The notes beneath the pieces were generated by a model. It was not told where the DNA came from, searched no databases, and worked only from the letters and a program-made list of their open reading frames with translations. From a virus, in IMG/VR virus record IMGVR_UViG_3300045988_128600: DNA of 25,779 bases, one strand, 5' to 3'. Shown here in pieces: positions 1-7,630 of this stretch (position 1 is the stretch's first letter; every line of letters begins with the position of its first letter). The position numbers and the translations under genes are program-made.

Positions 1-69
1 ACTGGCACTTTTAAATATAGAACTTCTACCACAGGTACTTGGACCCCTGTCCCCGTGGCTTGGATTTAA
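1..69 (+). CDS. Partial CDS, C-terminus only (…TGTFKYRTSTTGTWTPVPVAWI*). Unknown product, possibly the end of a structural or lysis-module protein.
   Basis: Open frame 1 runs from the window edge to TAA at 67-69. No homology is claimed. Confidence 0.3.
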   Translation, partial: TGTFKYRTSTTGTWTPVPVAWI

Positions 70-103
70 TATAAATTTATTATAAGAAAAAGGAGATAAT
101 ATT

Positions 104-514
104 ATGGATCAAAATTTGATTAATCAATTATTCCAAGTATGTTTAATTCCTATGCTTGGCGCTTTAACTACTTTTATAGTTATTTGGATTAAAGCAAAAA
201 GTGCGGAATTACAAAAGAAAACTAATAATGATATTTTAAATAAATATGTGCAAATGGCTACTGACACAATTACTAACTGTGTTATTGCCACTAATCAAAC
301 TTATGTAAATTCTCTTAAAGAACAAGGTAAATTTGATGAAGCTGCTCAAAAAGAAGCATTTTAGAGAACTTATCAAGCGGTGTTGCTTATTTTAAGTGAT
401 GACGCTAAAGAGTATTTGAATAATGCTTTTGGTGATTTAAATAAATATTTACAAGAGAAGATTGAGTCTACAGTAAATAATTATCGTACTCCAAGTAATG
501 ATTTAAAGCAATAA
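104..514 (+). CDS. Holin-like small membrane protein, 136 aa. It has one N-terminal transmembrane segment (LIPMLGALTTFIVIWI) followed by a charged, coiled C-terminus. It reads through an in-frame TAG at 362-364 to TAA at 512-514.
   Basis: RBS aaaaaGGAGAtaatatt precedes the ATG at 104. The TM-plus-KAK/charged-tail layout is typical of Gram-positive phage class-III-like holins (Cph1/EJ-1-like). After the TAG the frame stays open and protein-like (RTYQAVLLILSDDAKEYLNNAFGDLNKYLQEKIESTVNNYRTPSNDLKQ) and ends just before an intrinsic terminator. Confidence 0.55.
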
Positions 515-518
515 AAAT

Positions 519-560
519 AAGGGAGACATTCTTAATTGAATGTCTCCCTTATTTTTTTTT
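519..560. terminator. Bidirectional intrinsic terminator. A 13-bp stem AAGGGAGACATTC/GAATGTCTCCCTT is flanked by an A-run upstream and T10 downstream.
   Basis: A perfect inverted repeat lies at 519-550 with T-run 551-560. It sits between the convergent holin (+) and LytTR (-) genes. Confidence 0.8.
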
Positions 561-1275
561 ATCTGAATGGATTTTTCCATCGTCGATTAATTTCTTCATA
601 GCCTTTTTTAGGAAAGTATAAAATTTCACCATTTTTAAAAGTTAAATTATCTTTGTTCATTATTTTAATTTGATTTAAATTAATAATTAAACTTGGTGGA
701 ATAAAGACAAAATCTGGATGATAAACTAAAGTCCTTATATAGTTTTCAAAAGAAGTTTTTAAAGTTTTGCTATTTAGAACCTCATTTTCTAAATGGCAAC
801 ATAAATTTCGTTTTTGAATATCAGCATATAATACTTTACTCAAATCAATTTTTATTTCTCTATTAGGAGTATCTAAATATTTATATTCACGTCTTTTTTC
901 TTCTCTAACTTCATGTAAAATAGAAAAAATTTTTTCTTTATTAACAGGTTTTTTGACGAAATTAAATGCCTTTACTTCATAAGAAGCCACTCCATAATTT
1001 ATTTGGGAGGAAACAAAAATTATTTTTCCAATATACCCATTTGTTCTTAAAAGATGAGCTATTTCAATACCATCCATTTTTTTGAATGTAATCCCTAAAA
1101 AGATTGCATCATAATCAATATTGGAGTTAATTAATTTTTCAGGATCAGTAAATTTATATACATATCCTGGTAAATTAAAATCTTTAAAATACTGATTTAT
1201 TATTTCTTCCAATGAGTCATTTTGCTAATCGCTATTGTCGCAAACACCTACGATAAAAATTTTAATCACCTTCAT
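559..1275 (-). CDS. Orphan LytTR-family response regulator (AgrA/LytR-like). An N-terminal receiver-like domain has Gly in place of the phospho-acceptor Asp, and the C-terminus is a LytTR DNA-binding domain. There is one in-frame TAG near the N-terminus (MKVIKIFIVGVCDNSD*QNDSLEEIINQYF…).
   Basis: The track ORF 559..1212 extends in frame through a TAG to an ATG at 1273-1275, giving a receiver-like N-terminus MKVIKIFIV…. The receiver β3 position reads DAIFLGI (G where D is expected), β4 IIFVSS and β5 KKP are conserved. The LytTR domain is IKIDLSKVLYADIQKRNLCCHLENEVLNSKTLKTSFENYI…FIPPSLIINLNQI. No histidine kinase gene is adjacent. Confidence 0.65.
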
Positions 1276-1327
1276 TTTGTTTATTTTAGAAAAAATTTTT
1301 CTATCTTTATATTCTTTCTATATTATA

Positions 1328-1356
1328 ATTATACAAAAATTTTTAAATATTGTAAA
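1328..1356 (-). promoter_or_regulatory. Consensus sigma-A-type promoter on the - strand for the LytTR gene: TTTACA-17-TATAAT with a TG-extended -10.
   Basis: The - strand reads TTTACAatatttaaaaatttttgTATAAT. The -35 is at + 1351-1356, the -10 at + 1328-1333, with a 17-nt spacer. Confidence 0.6.
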
Positions 1357-1368
1357 ATAAAAAATTAT

Positions 1369-1425
1369 AAAGTGTCAAATTTATTTAATTTTAAGTAAGT
1401 GAAATTTTTATCCAAAAAGTGTCAG
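1369..1425. promoter_or_regulatory. Direct repeats AAAGTGTCA (1369-1377 and 1416-1424) with a degenerate third copy AAGTGAAAT (~1397-1405). These are candidate LytTR binding sites in the divergent promoter region. The second copy overlaps the -35 position of a good -10 TATAAT at 1430-1435 on the + strand.
   Basis: The 9-mer occurs twice exactly, about 47 bp apart, between the divergent LytTR gene and the + strand gene block. The + strand has TATAAT at 1430-1435 with a poor -35 (TTTATC), the usual layout for activator-dependent promoters. Confidence 0.4.
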
Positions 1426-1465
1426 TAATTATAATATATTTACACAAAATAAAAGTTATATAATA

Positions 1466-1494
1466 ATGAAAGGAAAAGATAAAACCTTTCATTA
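1466..1494 (+). promoter_or_regulatory. 9-bp hairpin AATGAAAGG(n11)CCTTTCATT in the 5' leader, immediately upstream of the RBS of the 1519 gene.
   Basis: Inverted repeat seen in the sequence. The RBS GGAGG is at 1506-1510. Confidence 0.3.
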
Positions 1495-1518
1495 TTATAT
1501 TTCTCCGGAGGTAATAAC

Positions 1519-1965
1519 ATGAATACTTATGGTTATCCATAGCAGTAGTATCCAATAGGTAATAATAGACCTATTTATGGAACAACTGCTACACCTGTGA
1601 TTCAAAACAATACTGCATAGCGAATTAGACCCGTTGCTTCTTTAGAAGAGGTTCGAGCTATGAATATAGATTTTGATGGTTCAGTTTTTTATTTTCCTGA
1701 CTATGCTAATCGTAGAATTTATACAAAACAAATAAATATGGATGGAACAGCTTCTATTAATATGTATGAATTAAAGGAAATCCCGAATTCTTCTTAGCCT
1801 AATAATGATTATATAACACGAGAGGAATTTAATACTACCTTAACTTCTATTAAAGAAGTTTTTGCATAGATCATGGGATCTAATAACGCGGTTGCGCCAT
1901 CTCAAGGAACGGATTAGCCAGCTCAATAGCAACCAGCAGAGAGCAAACCGCAGTTTAATTTTTAA
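1519..1965 (+). CDS. Hypothetical Q/P-rich protein, 148 aa, with 7 in-frame TAG codons. It is invisible to standard-code ORF calling.
   Basis: RBS tctccGGAGGtaataac precedes the ATG at 1519. The frame is open to TAA at 1963-1965 only if TAG is treated as sense. The TAGs fall in Q-rich low-complexity contexts (GYP*Q*YP, GTD*PAQ*QPAESKPQ), which suggests TAG codes Gln. Confidence 0.6.
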
Positions 1966-1977
1966 GGAGAGTTTCAA

Positions 1978-2226
1978 ATGACACAATCAATGAATCCAAT
2001 GCAAATTATTGCTATGATTAAAAACGGTCAAAATCCATAGCAATTAGTTTTATCTATGCTTGAAAGTCAAATGGGCGGAACGCCAATGGGCAATAATTTA
2101 TTACAAATGGCACGGAACGGTCAATCCGATGACATTGAAAAATTTGCTCGTAATTTGTTTGAATCAAGAGGTTTGAATTTCGATAAAGAATTTAATAGTT
2201 TTAAGTCCCAAATGGGGTTTAAATAA
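1978..2226 (+). CDS. Hypothetical small protein, 82 aa, one in-frame TAG.
   Basis: RBS AAGGAGAgtttcaa precedes the ATG at 1978. The frame is open to TAA at 2224-2226 with TAG treated as sense. Confidence 0.55.
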
Positions 2227-2252
2227 ATAAAATTATAGAAAGAGGTTTTGTT

Positions 2253-3134
2253 ATGTTTAATTACAATTATCCAATGAGCACGCCGAATTATTCATTATCT
2301 GATATTGCTGCGGCTTCTGGAAATGGCTATCGTAATAATGATGGCGGAATGTGGGGAGACGGAGCATGGTGGATTATTATCCTGTTCTTATTCTGCTTCA
2401 ATGGCTGGGGCGGTAATGGCTGGGGTAATAATGGTGCTAATGGTTCTGGTTTCCAAGGCACTACAACTCGAGAAGAAATCGGTTATGGTTTTAACATGAG
2501 CGATCTTAAATCTGGCGTTAATGGTTTAGCTTCTAGCCTTTGTAATGGTTTTAGTGGAGTAAACACTAATCTTTTAAGTGGTTTTGCTAATCTTGCTGAA
2601 ACTAATAATGCTAATACTCGCACTTTACAGAGTGATATCTGTAATATGGGTATGAACAATATGCAGAATACCTTTAGTATTACTTAGGCTATTAATGCTG
2701 ATACTGTAGCAAGTATGCAAAATACTAATAATTTAACTCAGCAGTTAAGTAATATGGCAGCTACTAACGCTCAATGCTGCTGCGAAAATAAACAGTTAAT
2801 TCAATCTAGTTTTGCTGATCTTAATTACAATCTTGCTAGTATTGCTTGCCAGAATCGTCAGGCTACCGTTGATGGTGTCCGCGATATTATTGACAACAAT
2901 AATGCTAATATGCGTTCTATTCTTGACTTCCTTGTTCAAGATAAAATTGAGACTCTTACCAGTGAAAATAGCACTCTTAAAAATTAGATTTCTCAAAATC
3001 TTCAAAATGCTTATCTTATTGATCAGTTGTCTCCAAAAGCAACTCCTGCTTATATTGTTGCTAATCCTTATACCGGCGTTAGTTATACTAGCTATGGATG
3101 CGGATATGGTTCAGGGTGCGGTTGCAATTCCTGA
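2253..3134 (+). CDS. Membrane-anchored Gly/Asn-rich protein, 293 aa, with 2 in-frame TAGs. It has an N-terminal hydrophobic segment (AWWIIILFLFCF), NGWG repeats, a coiled middle and a C-terminal GCGYGSGCGC tail. It resembles YjcZ-family small sporulation proteins.
   Basis: Track ORFs 2253..2687 and 2715..2987 are in the same frame, joined by TAG at 2685-2687, and continue through TAG at 2988-2990 to TGA at 3132-3134. RBS agaaAGAGGttttgtt is present. Confidence 0.6.
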
Positions 3135-3155
3135 TTGAAGAAAGAAGGTTAAATT

Positions 3156-3578
3156 ATGGAAATAACGGCTAATGCTTTACAATCAGTTGCTACTGGTTCT
3201 AATGTAGTATTCACTAACACAGCTGTTGCTGGAAACTGTTCCATAATGTATCGCGAGGGTAGCGGTTTAGTTACCCTCCGCGGTCTTACGAACGGTCAAC
3301 GCAGAGCTCGTTTCCGCATTTCATTTGGAGGTAATATAGGACTTCCAACTACTGGAACTGCGGGTGCTATTTCTTTGGCTATAGCTATTAATGGAGAGCC
3401 AGTTACTACTTCTACAATGATTTCCACTCCTACGGCTACTGGATAGTTTAATAATGTTTCACGTGCTTTATTCCTCGATGTGTTAGGCGGTTGTTGCACT
3501 CAAATCAGTATTGAAAACACGAGTTCATAGGCTATTGATGTTGAAAACGCCAGCTTAATTATCGAGAGAGTGGCATAA
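3156..3578 (+). CDS. BclA C-terminal-domain-like (C1q/TNF-like jelly-roll) protein without collagen repeats, 140 aa, with 2 in-frame TAGs.
   Basis: The C-terminus …ASLIIERVA* mirrors the BclA exosporium C-terminal domain ending …SIIIEKVA. An internal …ISLAIAINGEPV… matches the BclA …LTIQVNGVPV… region. RBS aagAAGGttaaatt is present. Track ORF 3156..3446 continues through TAG codons at 3444 and ~3528 to TAA at 3576-3578. Confidence 0.55.
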
Positions 3579-3591
3579 GGAGGTTTTTTAA

Positions 3592-4137
3592 ATGTGTGAT
3601 AAATTCCAAGAAATTAAAAAACAATTATTAACTCAAGTAGAAAGCCAAATGGCTCATTTAGAATGTGTTGATACAAAGGAAATGGGCGAAGTAATAGATA
3701 TGATAAAAGACCTTGAACAGGCTATTTATTATTGCACTATTACTGAAGCTATGAATGAATTACCTGAAACCACACATTATTATACTGAAAAATATAAATC
3801 TCCTCATAAAAAAAGAATCTATAAACCTATGACATATGATTATGATTGGGAAGATTATGATTATGATGAACATGAATATGAGATGCCAACGAGTGGGAAA
3901 TCTCATGAAACCCATGATAGTAGAGAGGGTCGTAGCGGTGTCCATAGAAAGATGTATATAGAAGCCAAAGAACTTCATAAAGATAAAAGCGTTTAGATAA
4001 AAGAATTAGATAAGTATCTTCAAGAATTAAGTTCTGATATAGTAGAAATGATTGAAGATGCTTCTAATGATGAACGTTCTTATATGGAGAAGAAAATCTA
4101 GGCTTTAGCATCTAAAATTGGATCTATGAATGGTTAA
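3592..4137 (+). CDS. Hypothetical acidic protein with a DYDYDEHEYE tract, 181 aa, 2 in-frame TAGs.
   Basis: Strong RBS AAGGAGGttttttaa precedes the ATG at 3592. The frame continues past TAG at 3994-3996 and a second TAG to TAA at 4135-4137. Confidence 0.55.
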
Positions 4138-4450
4138 TATTAATAATAGGAATTGGAGGATACTATTAGTATCTTCCAATCATCCTATGTTAATGCGGCC
4201 TTCTGGAATATATACTTTAGGTTCTTGTGATGATCCTACTTCAACAATTTATATTAATGAAAATATTACTAATAAAAAATTAAAAAAAGTATTAGCGCAT
4301 GAATTAACTCATGCTGCTATTTTTAGCTATGATATTTCATTAAAACCAGAAGAAGAAGAATTGATTGCGGATTTGGTGGGAACTTATGGTGAAGAAATTA
4401 TAAATAATACTAATCTTTTATTTAAATAGATAAAAAAAATAAGGGAATGA
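4130..4450 (+). CDS. Small HEXXH metallopeptidase-like protein (ImmA/IrrE-like motif VLAHELTHAAIF), ~106 aa. A TAG at 4427-4429 is followed by TGA at 4448-4450.
   Basis: An HExxH motif sits in a plausible helix context. The ATG at 4130 overlaps the stop of the upstream gene. If TAG acts as a stop here the protein is 7 aa shorter. Confidence 0.45.
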
Positions 4451-4483
4451 AACTATTTTTGTTTCATTCCCTTATTTTTTTTT
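4441..4483. terminator. Bidirectional intrinsic terminator. A 13-bp stem AAGGGAATGAAAC/GTTTCATTCCCTT is flanked by A8 upstream and T10 downstream. It lies between the convergent + and - gene blocks.
   Basis: Perfect inverted repeat. It shares the flanks AATAAGGGA…TCCCTTATTTTTTTTT with the terminator at 519-560. Confidence 0.8.
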
Positions 4484-4484
4484 A

Positions 4485-4913
4485 TTAGTCTTTAAGCGGT
4501 AATTTTAAAGTCCTTTCATAGTACTCTTTAGCCTATCCATTCCCACCTAAACCTGCATATACTTTAAAGAATTCGACTAACTATTCATACTGTCCTGAAG
4601 TCATATATCCTTGTTTTAAGAAACTTTGACATAATTGAATTAATCTAAATCTATAAGAAGCAAGAATTATTTCAATATATCTCTTACTAATTTTCTTCTC
4701 TTCTAATACAAAAGATCTCAAATTATTTAGATCTTCTTTGATTGGAGCTATATGGTCTTCAATTAATTCTTCTAATTGTTCATCTTTCTTTTCTTCTGCC
4801 AATTTTTGATACATTTTCATTTGAGTATAAATATATCTACAAAAGGCTAAGAGGCCAGCAGAAATAAGACCAAAAAATATTTCTATAAAATGCTAGGCAA
4901 TAAAAGTAGACAT
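4485..4913 (-). CDS. Hypothetical protein, 142 aa, with an N-terminal TM segment and a coiled coil, and 3 in-frame TAGs. It is the last gene of the - strand block.
   Basis: Strong RBS GGAAGGAGGtatttttt precedes the ATG at 4911-4913. Track ORF 4581..4820 is the TAG-bounded middle of this frame. The extensions on both sides are in frame and end at TAA 4485-4487. Confidence 0.5.
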
Positions 4914-4990
4914 AAAAAATACCTCCTTCCATTAACTTCTAATATATTTTAAAAGAAAGGAAGGAGGATTATTTATTTAAGGCCTATCTA

Positions 4991-5503
4991 TTATTCCCAA
5001 TTAAAATCATTATTGGAACTTTCTTTCGTGAAATATGCGGTATATAAACATATAGCATCACATATATCATCATTGGCTTTTATATTATATTTTTGCTATA
5101 CAAAATCAATATCGGCTTGTTTGAGAGTTTCACGTTTAATACTGCGACCAGTTTTAATTCCAAGTTTTTTGCGCCATTCACTGGCCTACATCAATTCTAA
5201 TGTTTTGGAAGTAAATGAAGAATTAACTCCATGTGCGCCCAACATTACTGCGCCTTGAAGCCACATTAATAAACGCGAAGTATCAGAATATCCATAAGTT
5301 TCAGGATGAACATCTTCCGCTACTATCTTCTCTATATTATATTTTTTTACTAATTCAATAATCTAATCTTGTATTTTTTGTATTCTATCTAAATTATTAG
5401 AGGAAATCGCGGTTAGCAGTCCATAATCTAACATTTCTCCCTCACTATTAGATACACAATAACCAGTAGATTTAGTAGATAAATCTAAAAAGAGGATATT
5501 CAA
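4991..5503 (-). CDS. ruvC: RuvC-family Holliday-junction resolvase, 170 aa, with 3 in-frame TAGs. It is completely missed by standard-code ORF calling.
   Basis: The - strand translation begins LNILFLDLSTKSTGYCV… (RuvC motif I), has …KIVAEDV… in the middle and ends …ANDDICDAICLYTAYF… (catalytic Asp region). RBS AAAGGAGGcaattac precedes a TTG start at 5501-5503. TAA lies at 4991-4993. Confidence 0.7.
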
Positions 5504-5535
5504 GTAATTGCCTCCTTTCTTTAGGTTTGAGGTAA

Positions 5536-6054
5536 TTACTTTGAAGTTGAACCAAATCCTCCAAGACGATCACCAGAAGCATTATCATCTTCAGTGATTA
5601 AATAAGATTTAATAATACCTTGACCAATAACATCACCTTTATGAAGTTGAATATCAAAAGGAGATAAATTAATCATTTGAAAATAAATATGTCCTTCATT
5701 ATCAGGATTATTATAATAGTCTGCATCAATAATCCCAACGCCATTAGCAAGAATAAGCCAATATTTTAAAGGACAAGAACTACGAACTGACAATTCAAGA
5801 TATGTATTATCATTTAATTCACATTTAATTCCAGTAGGCACAAGAGTTGGTTTTGCTTTAAGATTTTTTGTCATATTACCTATATCTTCAAGAGAAATTG
5901 AATCAAAATAACGTGTTGGAAATCTATTTAGCAAATTCTTATATGCTGGAATTACAACATCTTCTGCTACTGTAAAATCATAGCCTGCGGATTTCGCTGT
6001 TTTTCTTACAGGCAAAACCGCATCAGGATATTTGCTTACTCGTTCAAACTTCAT
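5536..6054 (-). CDS. dut: dUTP diphosphatase (dUTPase).
   Basis: Motifs SAGYDF, GIIDADYY and the overall 172-aa length are present. Track ORF. Confidence 0.8.
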   Translation of the reverse strand: MKFERVSKYPDAVLPVRKTAKSAGYDFTVAEDVVIPAYKNLLNRFPTRYFDSISLEDIGNMTKNLKAKPTLVPTGIKCELNDNTYLELSVRSSCPLKYWLILANGVGIIDADYYNNPDNEGHIYFQMINLSPFDIQLHKGDVIGQGIIKSYLITEDDNASGDRLGGFGSTSK

Positions 6055-6302
6055 TAAAAGCTTACCTCATAATTTACATCAATATTACTAATAGGATCTT
6101 TTTCATCATTGAATTTCTTAACAAGAGTGACTTGATACCATTCATCAACAATTTCACCCTTAGCCTTTTTTTCTTTCTTTACTGAACTATACTTAGCTAA
6201 AATATATTTAGTTTCAGCTTTAGCTTCATCAATAAGCGCGGCCGCACTTTCCTCATTATCTACGCGATAAACTTCCGTAGCACTTACAAGATACTTATTC
6301 AT
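6054..6302 (-). CDS. Hypothetical protein, 82 aa.
   Basis: Track ORF, translationally coupled (start/stop overlap) with its neighbours. Confidence 0.45.
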   Translation of the reverse strand: MNKYLVSATEVYRVDNEESAAALIDEAKAETKYILAKYSSVKKEKKAKGEIVDEWYQVTLVKKFNDEKDPISNIDVNYEVSF

Positions 6303-6562
6303 TACCCTACCTCAACTTTAATTTCTTTTCTATTGGAATAATTTAAACTATTACTTTCATAAATTTTTGGAATTAATTCATTAATAAAATCTTCAATGCC
6401 ATATAAACGTATAGTATCAGTATCGTTCTTATAACAAGATGCTACTAAAACATTTGGAAGATCAGAAATACTACAAGTTCCAATAGTTACTGCCATTCCA
6501 TCATCATAAGTTTTAAAAACATTTTGTTCCATTGAAAATAAATTAATATTACAAACAATCAT
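6302..6562 (-). CDS. Hypothetical protein, 86 aa.
   Basis: Track ORF in the same operon. Confidence 0.45.
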   Translation of the reverse strand: MIVCNINLFSMEQNVFKTYDDGMAVTIGTCSISDLPNVLVASCYKNDTDTIRLYGIEDFINELIPKIYESNSLNYSNRKEIKVEVG

Positions 6563-7096
6563 TTAATTACACTCCACAATACCAGCATCATATTGGAATA
6601 AATAAAAACAATAAGATTCATTATCAATATTTATCCAAATTTCAATAGCGCCATCATTATTTTTTTCCCAACCAACAATACTTCCTAATTCTTGACAAAG
6701 TATAATTACCATACTCGCTACAGAACCAGTTGAAATAATTGGAGGAATATTTTTGTGAAAAATGGTATAATAATTATAATCTTTACATAATAACATATAA
6801 TACATTCCATATTCACTCATTTCATTGATACTATTCATTAATTTATTTAATTCTTCTTCATTGATTGGATCCATTTGTATCATAATATTTTTATTAAAAT
6901 CATATAAATTCATTCCAGTTTGAAATGTAGTAGAATTATCTGATAAACTATTAGTAGTAGTTCCTATCATTACCCATTCATTTCCAGTATAACAATATTG
7001 TTTCTGATCTTCACCAGAAATGGCAATAGTTCCTTCTTTGAATTTACGAGGAGAATTATATAATTCTCCTATTGTATTAGTATAAAAAACATTCAT
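6563..7096 (-). CDS. Hypothetical protein, 177 aa.
   Basis: Track ORF. RBS AGGAGAttatata precedes the ATG. Confidence 0.5.
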   Translation of the reverse strand: MNVFYTNTIGELYNSPRKFKEGTIAISGEDQKQYCYTGNEWVMIGTTTNSLSDNSTTFQTGMNLYDFNKNIMIQMDPINEEELNKLMNSINEMSEYGMYYMLLCKDYNYYTIFHKNIPPIISTGSVASMVIILCQELGSIVGWEKNNDGAIEIWINIDNESYCFYLFQYDAGIVECN

Positions 7097-7129
7097 TATT
7101 ATATAATCTCCTATCTATTTCATAGAAAA

Positions 7130-7158
7130 ATTATATCACAAATTTTCTTTTTTGTCAA
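7130..7158 (-). promoter_or_regulatory. Perfect-consensus promoter on the - strand: TTGACA-17-TATAAT with a TG-extended -10. It drives the 6563→dut→ruvC operon.
   Basis: The - strand reads cTTGACAaaaaagaaaatttgTGaTATAATttttctatgaaatagatAGGAGattatataATG. The -35 is at + 7153-7158 and the -10 at + 7130-7135. Confidence 0.7.
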
Positions 7159-7630
7159 GTTTTAAATTAATAATGTTCTAATTGCGAGACCCGCGCAAAG
7201 GCAAAGTGATATCTCTTTCCTTTTGGATATATGGTCCATCAATTAGGTAATCGGCGGTTTTTAATATATTCTTAATTCTAATATTATTACTATTCTTTAA
7301 ATCATCATAAATATATCCAGTCCATACATATATTTTAATGTTTGGATATATTTTTTTAATTTCAGTAATAATTAAATTAGTTAAAAATTCGTTTTCAGGG
7401 CAGAGAGGTTCTCCACCCATAATACAAAGATTACGCTCAACATTATTCGCATTAATGGCAGTAATTAATTCATCTAATACTTTATTAGTAAATTCTTTGC
7501 CACCATTAAAATCCCATGTTTCAGGATTCTGGCATCCTTCACAATGGTGCGGACACCCTTGTGTAAAAAATGATACACATACTCCAGGCGCCGCTGCCAA
7601 ATCATTCTTTATAATTCCTGCATATTTCAT
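7136..7630 (-). CDS. nrdG: Anaerobic ribonucleotide reductase activating protein NrdG (radical SAM). The standard-code end is the TAG at 7178-7180. With TAG read-through it gains 13 aa and ends at TGA 7136-7138.
   Basis: The CxxxCxxC cluster GCPHHCEGC and overall NrdG similarity are present. The ATGA overlap with the nrdD stop places it immediately downstream of nrdD. Confidence 0.75.

Noticed and set aside
70-103. sigma-A promoter upstream of the holin (TTGGAT-15-TATAAG)
   Set aside because: A 15-nt spacer and weak hexamers make this unconvincing. Late or lysis genes may use a different, activator-dependent promoter.
2305-3138. Alternative-frame and antisense ORFs in the track (2305..2499, 2796..3005, 2812..3138, 3296..3499, 3760..3978)
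   Set aside because: All overlap the TAG-recoded + strand genes 2253..3134, 3156..3578 and 3592..4137. Their products are Leu/Ile-rich shadow frames without RBSs.
1-3600. Diversity-generating retroelement (variable repeat at the 3' end of the partial gene at 1-69 or in the C-type-lectin/BclA-like gene)
   Set aside because: No reverse transcriptase is present and no template or variable repeat pair (about 100 bp, near-identical) was found in the window.
5013-5258. + strand ORF of 81 aa in the supplied track
   Set aside because: It lies antisense to the RuvC gene (4991-5503, - strand), which has family motifs and an RBS. The ORF's own product is low-complexity with no RBS, so it is an antisense artefact.
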